Positions 21,272 through 31,169 of a stretch of 64,000 bases of DNA are shown in pieces. A program made the position numbers and the translations under genes. A model generated the notes under the pieces. The model was given only the letters and a program-made list of their open reading frames with translations, was not told where the DNA came from and made no database searches. How positions within the stretch are numbered: the stretch's first letter is position 1; every line of letters starts with the position of its first letter. The DNA comes from an uncultured delta proteobacterium (GTDB lineage Bacteria > Myxococcota_A > Polyangia > Polyangiales > Polyangiaceae). The stretch lies in assembly GCA_963841435.1 (NCBI GenBank), contig CAWJCS010000002.1:928001-992000 (forward strand), in the 5' to 3' direction.

Positions 21272-21988
21272 TCAAAACGCATAGGACAGCTCGACGTTGC
21301 CGAGCACGGCGAGCGGCGGCTCGCCCCCGCGATCGCGCTGAAGCCCGGCGCCGTAGGAGCGGACCCCGCCGTGGAAGGCGAGCGCGAGGTGTGGGTTGAC
21401 CTGGTACCAGACGAGCCCGATCTCACCGCCAAAGTAGAGGTTTGGCTCGTCGGCGTTGGAAAAGCCGTAGATCGAGAGCACGTTCTGCTCGGAGACCTTC
21501 GCCACACCGAGGCTGCCTTGCGCGAGGATGGCAAGCACGCTGCCGAGCGGCACGGTGAAGCGGAGGCCCGCACCTCCGCCGTAATGGAAGTAGGAGCGCG
21601 GCGGCGGCGGCTCAGTGGCGTACGCCGTCGAGGCGAGCACGAGGTCGGCCTCGATGAACGGCATGAGCCAGGTGAGCACCTCGTAGCCGACGCGAACCTG
21701 GAACCACGGGGCGCTCGGCGTGATGTGCTTGAGCGATCCGACCTGGGTCACGACGCCGAGCCCGCTCTCGACCACGAAACCGTGGCGGCGTGGCGCGGGC
21801 AGGGGTGTCTCCTCGGCGGGCTCGGCACCCGTATCGGCGGGCGCGCCGCCGGGCTCGGCATCGAGCCACTTCTCGATCTCGCCCGGAGTGATCGGTCGCT
21901 CCTGCGGCTCGTTCTGGGCAGCGAGCGCCGCGCGCGGCGCCAGCCCCAAAACGAGCGCCCCGAGCGCGCCGAGGGCAAAGAGCCGCAT
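21272..21988 (-). CDS. Probable small outer-membrane beta-barrel protein
   Basis: Signal peptide, alternating amphipathic strands, C-terminal ELSYAF beta-signal. Confidence 0.65.
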   Translation of the reverse strand: MRLFALGALGALVLGLAPRAALAAQNEPQERPITPGEIEKWLDAEPGGAPADTGAEPAEETPLPAPRRHGFVVESGLGVVTQVGSLKHITPSAPWFQVRVGYEVLTWLMPFIEADLVLASTAYATEPPPPRSYFHYGGGAGLRFTVPLGSVLAILAQGSLGVAKVSEQNVLSIYGFSNADEPNLYFGGEIGLVWYQVNPHLALAFHGGVRSYGAGLQRDRGGEPPLAVLGNVELSYAF

Positions 21989-22093
21989 CCCCTCAGCGTA
22001 GCAAAGCCGACCGGGCGACCACAACACGCGCGCTCTTCGAGCCTTTCGGTCGCGGGCGCGCCCGTGGCGCAGGTTATCCCACACGGTCGGGCG

Positions 22094-22645
22094 TCACTCG
22101 CCCTTCTTCTTCTTCTTCGCCTTGGCGCCCTTCGCGAGGGCGGGCACGACGGGAGGCGGCGGCGCTTCGCGTGCCGACTTCTCGCGCGGCTTCGCGTCGG
22201 GCTGCTCCTCGGACTCGGGGGCCAAGGCCGCCTCGGGCTTGGCAGGCGCGGCGGCGCGCGGGGGCGCGAACGCGGCGGGCGCTCGTGCAGGGCTGCCACC
22301 GAGGCGCCGTCCGGCGGCCAGCGGCGGCTCTCCGTCGGTGCGCACGAGCCCACGAACGAGCGCGCCGGTCGAGACGCCGATGCGCGGCGCCGTGAGGTCG
22401 CCGACGACGCGCGCCCCGCGCTCGAGCATCACGCTCTCGCTCGCGCGCACGTCTCCCTGGACGGCACCGGCGATGGTGATCGCGGCACCGGAAACGTTGC
22501 CTTTGACGCCGCTTTCCTCGCCGAGCGAAATGTCGCCCCCGACGTTCACGTCGCCGTCAACGCGGCCGAGGATCTCGAGGTTGCCGCTGCCGCGCACGTT
22601 GCCGCGCACGACCGTGCTGCGTCCGATGACCGATGCGCCGTTCAC
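22094..22645 (-). CDS. Bactofilin with long Pro/Ala/Lys-rich C-terminal extension (BacP-like)
   Basis: SVIGRSTVVRGNVRGSGNLEILGRVDGDV beta-helix repeats, then disordered tail ending KAKKKKKGE. Confidence 0.88.
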   Translation of the reverse strand: MNGASVIGRSTVVRGNVRGSGNLEILGRVDGDVNVGGDISLGEESGVKGNVSGAAITIAGAVQGDVRASESVMLERGARVVGDLTAPRIGVSTGALVRGLVRTDGEPPLAAGRRLGGSPARAPAAFAPPRAAAPAKPEAALAPESEEQPDAKPREKSAREAPPPPVVPALAKGAKAKKKKKGE

Positions 22646-22658
22646 TCGTGATCTCCCG

Positions 22659-22973
22659 TCACACGTCCATGTCAACGTTGCCCTTGAACGAGGCACCGTC
22701 TGCAATGGTCAGCCGCGCGGCCTTCACGTCCCCGATCAGACGCCCCCCGGCCTGCAAGTCGACGCGCTCGGCCGCCGTGACGTCGCCCGTCACCTGACCG
22801 GCGATCGTGAGGCTCTGAGCGGTCACGTCCGCTTCGACCACGGCGGAGCTGCCCACCGAGACGGCGTCGGTCGTGGTGAGCTTGCCGCGCAAGTTGCCTT
22901 GCACGACGACCTCTTCCTCGCTCGTCAGATCGCCCTCGATGTTGAGCCCTTCTCCAATCACGGTGCCTGCCAT
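22659..22973 (-). CDS. Bactofilin (BacO-like)
   Basis: TVIGEGLNIEGDL...GDVKAARLTIADGASFKGNVDM. Confidence 0.92.
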   Translation of the reverse strand: MAGTVIGEGLNIEGDLTSEEEVVVQGNLRGKLTTTDAVSVGSSAVVEADVTAQSLTIAGQVTGDVTAAERVDLQAGGRLIGDVKAARLTIADGASFKGNVDMDV

Positions 22974-22998
22974 GGTCGTCTCCGCTCTCTTTTCGTGG

Positions 22999-23358
22999 TC
23001 AGCGCCGGCGCGCGGCGCCGAGGTCGAGCTCGATCTGCGTGTCGAGGCGCACCGACACGCGCGAGCCGGGCTCGATGGAAATTTCGCTGGCCCGGAGCTC
23101 TCCGCGCACGACGGCGCCTGCCCGAACCGCGATCGGCCCGCGAGTGACGGCGTCCCCGAGGAGCTGCCCCGAGACCTCGAGGCTCTCGGCGTGGAGGTTG
23201 CCCTCGACGCTCGCGCCCTCGGCGACCTCGGCCGGGCCGCTGACGCTCACGTCGCCTTTGACGTTGCCCTCGATGCGCAGGGCACCTTCGCCGCTCAACC
23301 GTCCGGTGACACGTGTGGACGGGCCGAGGACGCTGCCTTCCGTAATGACTCTGGCCAT
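22999..23358 (-). CDS. Bactofilin (BacN-like)
   Basis: SVLGPSTRVTGRLSGEGALRIEGNVKGDV...GAVVRGEL. Confidence 0.88.
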   Translation of the reverse strand: MARVITEGSVLGPSTRVTGRLSGEGALRIEGNVKGDVSVSGPAEVAEGASVEGNLHAESLEVSGQLLGDAVTRGPIAVRAGAVVRGELRASEISIEPGSRVSVRLDTQIELDLGAARRR

Positions 23359-23439
23359 CGGGGACGGCCGGGCACGCTAGTACCAAGCGCCCCAAATTGG
23401 AACCTGCCGCGCGACTGGCCCGATTTGAAGGGGCAGGGC

Positions 23440-24135
23440 TCACGCCGGCCGGAGCGCTCCGAGCACTTCCTCGGCCCGGGGCACCGATCGCAAGAGCCCC
23501 GCGGCGTAGAGTCGCCGCCGCTCTTCTTCGGAGAGGTCGCCCTCGCGCCCGGCCGTCGCCGCCCGCACGAGGAGCGCCGCCGCGACGCTGAGGTTCAGGC
23601 TCTCGACGAACCCCCGCATCGGCACGCGCACGGCCCGGCTCGCCGCGGCGGCGAGGGTCGCGCCGATACCCTCCGTCTCGTTGCCGAAAACCAGACACAC
23701 GCGGTCGATGCCGGCCAGGTCCTCGGGCACGAGCTCGCCCTTCGGATGCGTCGCGACGAGCGCGAATCCGCGCGCGGTGAGCGCGGCGACGGCCGCGTCG
23801 CTCGTTTCGTGGAGCACGGTCTCCACCCAGCGCTCGGTGCCTTGCGAGACCTTGCGGCCGAAGGAAAACGGCTGCTCGCTCGGGATTACGTTGAGCTCCG
23901 GCACGCCGAATGCGTCGCACGAGCGCAGGGCAGCGGCGACGTTGTGCGGGTCATTCGGCGAGTCCATGAGCAACGTCACGCTGCCGATGCGCGCTGCCGT
24001 GACGCCCGCGAGCCGGCCCAAGCGGCGCGCCTCCGAGAGCGGCTCGAGGGCCCGAATCACCCCTTCGCCGCTCCAACCCGGCGGTAAAGCGGGTCGGCCG
24101 GGGGTAAGCAGAGGTGCGCGGCGCGTTTCGGTCAT
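23440..24135 (-). CDS. trmH: TrmH/SpoU family RNA 2'-O-methyltransferase
   Basis: DPHNVAAALRSCDAFG, LVFGNETEG, VPMRGFVESLNLSVAA. Confidence 0.88.
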   Translation of the reverse strand: MTETRRAPLLTPGRPALPPGWSGEGVIRALEPLSEARRLGRLAGVTAARIGSVTLLMDSPNDPHNVAAALRSCDAFGVPELNVIPSEQPFSFGRKVSQGTERWVETVLHETSDAAVAALTARGFALVATHPKGELVPEDLAGIDRVCLVFGNETEGIGATLAAAASRAVRVPMRGFVESLNLSVAAALLVRAATAGREGDLSEEERRRLYAAGLLRSVPRAEEVLGALRPA

Positions 24136-24248
24136 CGTCGAAAGGTGCGGCCGACCCTAGCAAAAGCCTGCGGGCGCCCCGCATGGTGGGTCGGGGGATT
24201 GCCCTCGGTCGTTCCGGCACTATGTTGTCCGGACCCCTGGAGAAGCTC

Positions 24249-24572
24249 ATGGCGTCCGAAAAGATCCACGTGTTCAATGATCTCAACTTCGACTCGGAGG
24301 TGCTGTCGGCCGGCGTCCCCGTGCTGGTGGACTTCACCGCCACCTGGTGCGGCCCCTGCAAGGCGCTCGCGCCGATCGTCGATCAGATTGCGACGGAGCT
24401 TGACGGTAAGATCAAGGTCGGCAAGCTCGACGTGGACGATTCCCCGCTCACGGCGGGCAAATACGGCGTGCGCGGCGTCCCCACCGTCATGGTGTTCAAG
24501 AACGGTCAGCGGTCGGCGCAGCACGTCGGGTTGACGACGAAGCAGAAGCTGCTCGCTCTGGTCGATATGTGA
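24249..24572 (+). CDS. trxA: Thioredoxin
   Basis: VDFTATWCGPCK, GVPT. Confidence 0.95.
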   Translation: MASEKIHVFNDLNFDSEVLSAGVPVLVDFTATWCGPCKALAPIVDQIATELDGKIKVGKLDVDDSPLTAGKYGVRGVPTVMVFKNGQRSAQHVGLTTKQKLLALVDM

Positions 24573-27500
24573 GGCGGGGTCCGCTCGGTCTAGCGCTGGC
24601 GCTTTTGGCGGCGGGCTGCGCGCCGGCGGCCGTCGAGCGGCGGCGTCCCGAGCCACCCTCGCGCCCCGCGCTCACGCCGCTCCCGCCCACGGCGACGTGG
24701 CGTTACCACCCGCGCACGCCGGCACGCATGCTGGCGCGGGCCAATCTCGGCAACGGCCGCGTGCTCTTCGCGGGGTTGCGCGGGGAGCGTTGGCTCTACG
24801 ACGGCTCGCACAAGGCGCTCGAAGCGGCCGTGCCCGCGCCCGAGGATCTCGTCGCCATTCTCAATGATCCCTCGGCCGGGCGCTGGTTCGTCGGCGCCAG
24901 CGGCACGACCTACCGTGCCCTCACCGCGCTCGGGCCGTTCGTCGAGGCGCTCGCCCCCTTCGACCCCGTGGCGCGTGTCTCCGGCGCCGGGTCGATCCTG
25001 CTCGCCGTCGGGCGCGACGGGCGCCTGTCACGCAGCGCGGATCAAGGCCGCACGTGGTCGTCCGTCGGGCCCGGGGGCACGCGGTTCGTCAACGTTGCCG
25101 TCGACGGCTCGGGCGCGGCGCTCGCGCTTTCCTCGCCGGAGGCGCTTTCGTTCAGCCTCGATGGCGGTAAGACCTTCGAGCCGCTCGGTGTCGACCCCGG
25201 GGGCGCGCTGGGCCTCAAGCGGGACGAGAGCGGCGCCGGCATCGACGTGCTCGGCGTGCTGGGAACGCGGCGCTGGTCGCGGTCGGAGCCGCGCGCGCTG
25301 TCGCCCGAGCCAAAGGTCAGGAGCGCCCTTTTGCCTCCCGGGGGCGAGGCGCCCCTCGGCGCCGACGCGGGGGCCCTCGCCGAGGGGCGCGCCGCGCTCG
25401 GCGACGACGGGTACCTGGAGGCGCGGCTTTCCGACGAAGAATCCCGAACGTGGGTGCTCGTCTCGGGTCCGCTCGGCGGACCGCTCGAGGCGACGCCGCT
25501 CGAGCTCGCGAAGGGTTGCCGCAACGTGCGGCTCGCCGCCTTCGGCGATGCCGCATACGTCGCCTGCTTTCGCGCGGGCCCGTCGAGCAGCCAGCCCGTC
25601 GAGCTGTTCGCGCGGCGCGGCAACGGCGCGTTCGCGGCGGCATCGCCGTCGTTCTTCGCGAAGCTCGCCGATTTTCGCATGGCGGCCGGGGCCGGGGGAG
25701 CGCTCTTGCTCTCGGGCGTCTGCCAGCCGAGCGCCGATGGCCCCGGGTGCGGGCCACTTGGCGTCCTCGAGCGCCGTGCCGTGCACGCGGCGCGCACGAA
25801 AGCGGCGTCCAGCGAGGAGCGCTTCGAGCTCGCCGTATCCGCCACGCCTTCGCTCGCCGACAGCGCGTTCGACCTGACGTTCGATGCCGACGGACGCGTC
25901 GCCTTCGCCGTCGGCGGCACGACCAAGGGCGCCGGGCTCGCGCTGTTCGTGTCCGTCGACGGCGGGCACACCTTCGAGCCGAGGGAGCTCGGCGAGCTCG
26001 GCGTCGACGCGAACGAGGTCGAGGCACGTGTCGGCATGCTGAGCCCCGCCTCGGACGGCACGACGGCGCTCGTCCTGCGCGGGGCGCGCGGCACTGCGAC
26101 GCTGCTCGTGTTCGACAACCGCGGGCAGCTGCTGCGCGCCGGCTCGCCGCCGGAGCGCGCGCTCGTCGGCGGGGCCGGGCTCCACGCGCTCGCCCTCGGC
26201 GCCGAGAGCGGCACTGTGTGGGAGTCGCTCGACGGCGGTGCCAGCTTCCAGGATCGCGGCCGCGTGCCGCTCGCGCTGTGCCCGGGTGACACCGCCTGCG
26301 ACGTGCCCGTCCGCTGCTCGAGCCACGGCTGCGTCGTCGGCGACGAGCTCACGCGGATCGGCTGGGGCATGCCGGACGCAAACGAGCTCGAAATGGCCTC
26401 GCCCGTGGAGGACTCACCGGCCGGCGTCGAGCGGCGCCTGAGCACGCCCATTGCGTGCGTGCTCGATGCGGCCCCCTTTCGCGCCCTTCCGGGCGCGACC
26501 GACCTGCCCGACGCCGAGAACACCGCGCTCGGCGACGTGGCCTGGTTCTCGACGAGCATCAACCTCGAGACGGCCTCGGCCGTCAGCTACCACGCGCACG
26601 GAGGGCCGCGGCCGCGCGTCGAGGCCGTGACGGTGTTGCCGCCGGCGCGGGACGTAACGGGGCTGGCGTTCACGGCGCTGGCGCAGGTCGAGGGGCTCGC
26701 CGTGCTCCGCTACCGTGTGCCCGACCCTCGCGCCAAGGAAGCGCGGCTGCGGGACGTCGAGGTGGGTTGGGACAACATGCTCGAGGGCCGCGTCGTGCGG
26801 CAGCGGTTCGCCGACGGTGGCGATTACGTGCCGGGCGACTTCGAGCGGGGCTCGGGCGCCGTCCAGCTCGCGCGCCCGGACCTGCTCAGCATCGGCGAGC
26901 ACGGGATCTATCTTCGGGTCCATGCCAAGGTGCGCGAGCGCCAGCCGACGCTCTTTCTCGACGGCAAGAGTGTCGTCACGCTGCCGCCCATCGTGTGGCC
27001 GGCCGGCGTTCCGCGCGATCACCTCGAGATGGCGCACCTCGGTGCCGACCACGTGGGGCTCGCGTTCATCCGCAAGACGAGCGCCGTGGTGCGGGCGCGC
27101 CGCGAGGGCGATGCCTGGACGTTTCAGGCCGCGACCGTGGGCCTGCCGGACCCCGAGGCGCTCGGGAAGCTCGGCCTGGTTTCCATCACCTACTCCGACG
27201 GCCGGGCCGCGTTGCACGTCGAGGAGCTCGACCAGGACGGGCGCGAAGCCCTGGCGCGCGTCGTGGCGCTGCGGCCCGACGGGCCGGTGACCGAGGCGCC
27301 GCGCTCGGCGCCGACGCAGGCGTCGTTGCCGGCCGTGCCGCGGCCGTGCGGCGATGCCACCAAGCGCTCGAGCGCGCGCGTCGTCGCGCACGTGTTTCCC
27401 GGCGCCCGTCACCCCGTCGTCGTTACCGACGCGCTCGAGCCGCCGCGCTCGCTCGTGACGGGCGACGCCGTGCTGTTCGGTAGCGCCGAGGAGCCTTGCG

Positions 27501-27736
27501 CCGCGTCGTACGAGCTCGTGCCGGTGACGGGCACGGCGGCTGAGCCGGCCGCGCCCGAACGCGGTGTGCTTCTGCTCGACAATCTTTCCCACGCCTGGCT
27601 CGTGCGCCAGGTGCGCGAGCCGAGTGCCGAGCGCGCGAGCATCGAGTACCGCACCATGGCGTGCCGTTTCGAGCCGAATCTGGAGGTGCCGGAGGAGATC
27701 CTGAAGTCTCCCGAGGCGTTGGCGCCGAGGAGGTAA
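24569..27736 (+). CDS. Large lipoprotein with BNR/Asp-box repeats (probable beta-propeller)
   Basis: Lipobox LAAGC; SADQGRTW, SLDGGKTF, SVDGGHTF, SLDGGASF; GTGA overlap with trxA stop. Confidence 0.75.
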   Translation: MRRGPLGLALALLAAGCAPAAVERRRPEPPSRPALTPLPPTATWRYHPRTPARMLARANLGNGRVLFAGLRGERWLYDGSHKALEAAVPAPEDLVAILNDPSAGRWFVGASGTTYRALTALGPFVEALAPFDPVARVSGAGSILLAVGRDGRLSRSADQGRTWSSVGPGGTRFVNVAVDGSGAALALSSPEALSFSLDGGKTFEPLGVDPGGALGLKRDESGAGIDVLGVLGTRRWSRSEPRALSPEPKVRSALLPPGGEAPLGADAGALAEGRAALGDDGYLEARLSDEESRTWVLVSGPLGGPLEATPLELAKGCRNVRLAAFGDAAYVACFRAGPSSSQPVELFARRGNGAFAAASPSFFAKLADFRMAAGAGGALLLSGVCQPSADGPGCGPLGVLERRAVHAARTKAASSEERFELAVSATPSLADSAFDLTFDADGRVAFAVGGTTKGAGLALFVSVDGGHTFEPRELGELGVDANEVEARVGMLSPASDGTTALVLRGARGTATLLVFDNRGQLLRAGSPPERALVGGAGLHALALGAESGTVWESLDGGASFQDRGRVPLALCPGDTACDVPVRCSSHGCVVGDELTRIGWGMPDANELEMASPVEDSPAGVERRLSTPIACVLDAAPFRALPGATDLPDAENTALGDVAWFSTSINLETASAVSYHAHGGPRPRVEAVTVLPPARDVTGLAFTALAQVEGLAVLRYRVPDPRAKEARLRDVEVGWDNMLEGRVVRQRFADGGDYVPGDFERGSGAVQLARPDLLSIGEHGIYLRVHAKVRERQPTLFLDGKSVVTLPPIVWPAGVPRDHLEMAHLGADHVGLAFIRKTSAVVRARREGDAWTFQAATVGLPDPEALGKLGLVSITYSDGRAALHVEELDQDGREALARVVALRPDGPVTEAPRSAPTQASLPAVPRPCGDATKRSSARVVAHVFPGARHPVVVTDALEPPRSLVTGDAVLFGSAEEPCAASYELVPVTGTAAEPAAPERGVLLLDNLSHAWLVRQVREPSAERASIEYRTMACRFEPNLEVPEEILKSPEALAPRR

Positions 27737-27837
27737 CGGGCTGGCTGGGGCCGGTGGGGCCGTGAGGTCGAGCTCCGCTCGATGCGCTTTTCCGCGCGGC
27801 TCCGGGCGGGCCTCCGTGGTATCGCCCCGCCTGTCCC

Positions 27838-29136
27838 ATGATCCCCCGCTACACGCCCAAGGATTTCGCCGAGCTCTGGTCCGATCGTAACCGCTATGCG
27901 ACCTGGCTCGAGGTGGAGCTTTGCGCCTGCGAAGCTCTCGAGACGGCGGGGCAGGTGCCGCGCGGGACGGCCGAGCGCCTGCGCGCGCTCAAGCTCGCTC
28001 TCGACCCGGCGGAGATCGAGCGCATCGAGCAGACGACTCGCCACGACGTGATCGCGTTCCTTTCGCACGTGGAAAGCCTCGCGGGGGACCCCGCGCGCTG
28101 GCTGCACCGCGGGATGACCTCGAGCGACGTGCTCGACACGAGCTTCGCGTGCCTGCTGGTCAAGGCGACGGACCTGCTGATCACGCGCACCGACCGGCTG
28201 ATCGAGAAGCTCGTCGTGCGCGCCCGCGAGCACGCGAAGACGCCGCTCATCGGGCGCTCCCACGGCATCCACGCCGAGCCGACGACGTTCGGCGTGGCGC
28301 TCGCCGGACATCTCGCCGAGTTTCGTCGGGGCCGCACGCGGCTCGTGCGGGCGCGCGCCGAGATCGCGGTGGGCAAGCTCGCGGGCGCCGTCGGCACCTA
28401 CGCGCACCTGAGCCCGGAGATCGAAGAGCAGGCGCTGTCGCGGCTCGGTCTCGAGGCCGAGACCGTGTCGACGCAGGTGGTGGCGCGCGATCGTCACGCC
28501 GCGCTGTTTGCCGCGCTCGCGCTCGTCGCCGCCGGCATCGAGCGCTTGGCCACGAACGTGCGCCATTGGCAGCGCACCGAGGTCGGTGAGGCCGAGGAGC
28601 GCTTTGCCGCGGGGCAGAAGGGCTCGAGCGCGATGCCACACAAGCGAAACCCCGTGCTGAGCGAGAATCTGTGTGGGCTCGCGCGCGTCGTGCGTGCCGC
28701 GGTCACTCCGGCGCTCGAAAACGTGGCGCTCTGGCACGAGCGCGACATCTCGCATTCTTCCGTGGAGCGCATGCTGGCGCCCGACGCGACGGCGACCCTG
28801 GCGTTCATGCTCGACCGGGCGGCGGGCCTCGTCGAAGGGCTCGTCGTCTACCCCGAGCGGCTCGCCGCGAACCTCGAGCGCACGGGGGGCCTTTTCTTCA
28901 GCGAAGGGGTCATGCTCGCGCTCGTCGACAAGGGACTTTTGCGCCAGAAGGCGTACGAAATCGTCCAGCGCAGCGCGATGCGCGCGTTCTCCGGCGAGGG
29001 GGCGTTTCGGGCGCTGCTCGGCGAGGATCCCGACGTCACGTCGCGCGTCTCGCCGAGCGAGCTCGACGCGTGTTTCGACCTCGAGCACGCTCTTCGTTAC
29101 GCCGAGTCGATCGTCGAGCGCGCCGTGCGCGGCTGA
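27838..29136 (+). CDS. purB: Adenylosuccinate lyase
   Basis: [50 protein letters not shown]. Confidence 0.96.
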   Translation: MIPRYTPKDFAELWSDRNRYATWLEVELCACEALETAGQVPRGTAERLRALKLALDPAEIERIEQTTRHDVIAFLSHVESLAGDPARWLHRGMTSSDVLDTSFACLLVKATDLLITRTDRLIEKLVVRAREHAKTPLIGRSHGIHAEPTTFGVALAGHLAEFRRGRTRLVRARAEIAVGKLAGAVGTYAHLSPEIEEQALSRLGLEAETVSTQVVARDRHAALFAALALVAAGIERLATNVRHWQRTEVGEAEERFAAGQKGSSAMPHKRNPVLSENLCGLARVVRAAVTPALENVALWHERDISHSSVERMLAPDATATLAFMLDRAAGLVEGLVVYPERLAANLERTGGLFFSEGVMLALVDKGLLRQKAYEIVQRSAMRAFSGEGAFRALLGEDPDVTSRVSPSELDACFDLEHALRYAESIVERAVRG

Positions 29137-29882
29137 GCGGCTCGCTCTACCGAGTCGATCGTCGAACGCACCGTGCGCGGCCGGGCGGCGTGCTCGGACA
29201 GCGCGCGACGCGCCACGACCCAGAGCACGCCGAGCGCGTGCCAGGGCCGCACGCCGCTTTGCTCGTCGGCGTACACGGGTCGTACTGGCACCTCGACGAC
29301 GGCGAGCCCGCGAGCCGCGAGCATGCCGAGCAGGTCGTTCGGGTAGCCGTAGCGCGGCCACAGCTCGTCGAGTGGCAGCCGCCGCGCCGCGCTCGCGCCG
29401 AGGGCCGTGAAGCCGCACTGGCAATCGCTCACCTGGAGGCCCGTCGCGAGCCGGGTCGCGGCCGAGAGCAACGAGCCCGCGAGGCGCCGAGCGAACGGCA
29501 TGCGCCTGGCCTCGGAGTGCACGAAGCGATTGCCCTTCGCATAGTCGGCGCCGGACGCCACGGCGGCGACGAGCGGCGGCATGTCGTCGGGGTGCATCTG
29601 GTCGTCGCCCGCCATCACGACGAGCACGTCGTGCCCGTCGCGCAGGGCGGCGTGATAGCCGGTGGCGATCGCCGCTCCGACGCCACGGTTCGTGGCGTGA
29701 ACGAGGCATCGCACGCGGGGGTCGGCGACGCTCGCGACGGCGGCCCGCGTCCCGTCCGGGCTCGCGTCGTCCACCACGTAGACCCCGTCGACGCCCGCCG
29801 GCAGGCGCCCGAGCATGCGCGCGACGAGCCGCCCCTCGCGGAAGGCGGGAACGATCACGGCGACGCTGAGCCCGAACAACAC
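29097..29882 (-). CDS. Family 2 glycosyltransferase
   Basis: [40 protein letters not shown]. Confidence 0.88.
   Translation of the reverse strand: MLFGLSVAVIVPAFREGRLVARMLGRLPAGVDGVYVVDDASPDGTRAAVASVADPRVRCLVHATNRGVGAAIATGYHAALRDGHDVLVVMAGDDQMHPDDMPPLVAAVASGADYAKGNRFVHSEARRMPFARRLAGSLLSAATRLATGLQVSDCQCGFTALGASAARRLPLDELWPRYGYPNDLLGMLAARGLAVVEVPVRPVYADEQSGVRPWHALGVLWVVARRALSEHAARPRTVRSTIDSVERAAQPRTARSTIDSA
29102..29189. repeat. Imperfect 40-bp direct repeat (48-bp period) of the purB 3' end
   Basis: 29102-29141 vs 29150-29189, 36/40 identical by manual alignment. Confidence 0.85.
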
Positions 29883-30013
29883 GGCGCGCGAGCCTTTCTC
29901 GCGGACGGCACGGCTGTCAACCGCGGCTCGCACGATGGCGCTCGCGCTCGCGCCTCGAATCGGGCGCGGCGCGCGGGCTTGCCGAACGACGCGCGGCCGC
30001 GTAAAGCGCCCTC

Positions 30014-30616
30014 GTGAGCCCGAAACGACACAAGCTCGTGCTCGGCGGCGCCGCGCTCGCCGGGCTCGCGCTCGCGCTCTACCTGGTGCTGCCGCACGTC
30101 TTCTTCCCGAGCGATCGCACGCCCGAGGGCGCCTACTACCGCGTGATGATCGCCGTGAACCGAGCGTCGGCCGTGGCGCTCTTTCCCTACCTCGAGACGC
30201 CGGCGCAGCATGCCTGCTACACGATTCGCGACTACCGCAAGAAATCGCGTGCGCGCGTGCTCGCCGCGTACCCCGAGCCCGAGCGGTCGCGCCTCGCCGC
30301 GCAACACTCCGAGGAAGCCGCGGCGCCGGACGGCGCCGACGTGTTCGCGCTCTACGCCGCCCGGCTCGGGTACCTCGACCGGCTGCGCCGCGATCTCTCC
30401 GGCATCGCGCGCATCGAAACGCACGGTGACCGCGCGAGCGTCGAGACGGTGCGCGGCACGCGCTATCCGTTCCGGCGTCGGCCCGAAAACGGCATCTGGG
30501 GTCTCACGCTCTTCACGGGGACGCTCACGGCCGAGGCCGAGCGCGCCGCGCGCGACTTTGCGCTCATCGAGCGCGCCGCCGCCGACTACGAACGAGCGCG
30601 CCGCGCCGGCGGGTAG
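30014..30616 (+). CDS. Hypothetical membrane-anchored protein
   Basis: N-terminal TM helix followed by a globular region; coding-like codon usage. Confidence 0.65.
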   Translation: MSPKRHKLVLGGAALAGLALALYLVLPHVFFPSDRTPEGAYYRVMIAVNRASAVALFPYLETPAQHACYTIRDYRKKSRARVLAAYPEPERSRLAAQHSEEAAAPDGADVFALYAARLGYLDRLRRDLSGIARIETHGDRASVETVRGTRYPFRRRPENGIWGLTLFTGTLTAEAERAARDFALIERAAADYERARRAGG

Positions 30617-30634
30617 GGGTTTTGCGCTCGAGCG

Positions 30635-31063
30635 TCAGCCCGCGCGCTTGAGGTCGGGGTAGGCGCGGCCGGGCGGGGCGCCGAGCTCGCTTGGCAGCCC
30701 GAGGCGACTCCAGCCCGGAAGAAGCTGTCCGAACGGATCGCGCGCCGCGTCCCAGCCCGCGGGCATCTCGACGACGCCCGTGAAGCCGGCCTGCTTGAGC
30801 TGCTCGGCCGCGCGGCGGGAGCGCACTCCCGTCTTGCAGCCAACGACGATTTTTGCTTGCTTGCCGAGCACGCGCTCGACCACGGCGACGAAGTCGGGGT
30901 TCGGGACGACGCCGCCCGGTGCCGGCTGGTTGATCGGCACGTTGTACGCCCCCGGCGGGTGCCCGGCTTCGAACTCCTTCTCGCTGCGCACGTCCAGGTA
31001 GCTGTAGCCGTCGGCGAGCAGCGCCTGGGCCTGTTCGGGGCTCACCTCGTTGGGCTCGGCCAT
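30635..31063 (-). CDS. Rhodanese-like domain protein
   Basis: LDVRSEKEFEAGHPPGAYNVP, active loop CKTGVRS. Confidence 0.9.
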   Translation of the reverse strand: MAEPNEVSPEQAQALLADGYSYLDVRSEKEFEAGHPPGAYNVPINQPAPGGVVPNPDFVAVVERVLGKQAKIVVGCKTGVRSRRAAEQLKQAGFTGVVEMPAGWDAARDPFGQLLPGWSRLGLPSELGAPPGRAYPDLKRAG

Positions 31064-31169
31064 CGCCGTCCGGTTATCACCCGGCTGGCACCCGCGCAAA
31101 GCGGCACACGAAGGCGCCCCGCACGAGCTCGGGTCTTCGGCCGAGATCCGTGCCATCGTCGACCGCTCC

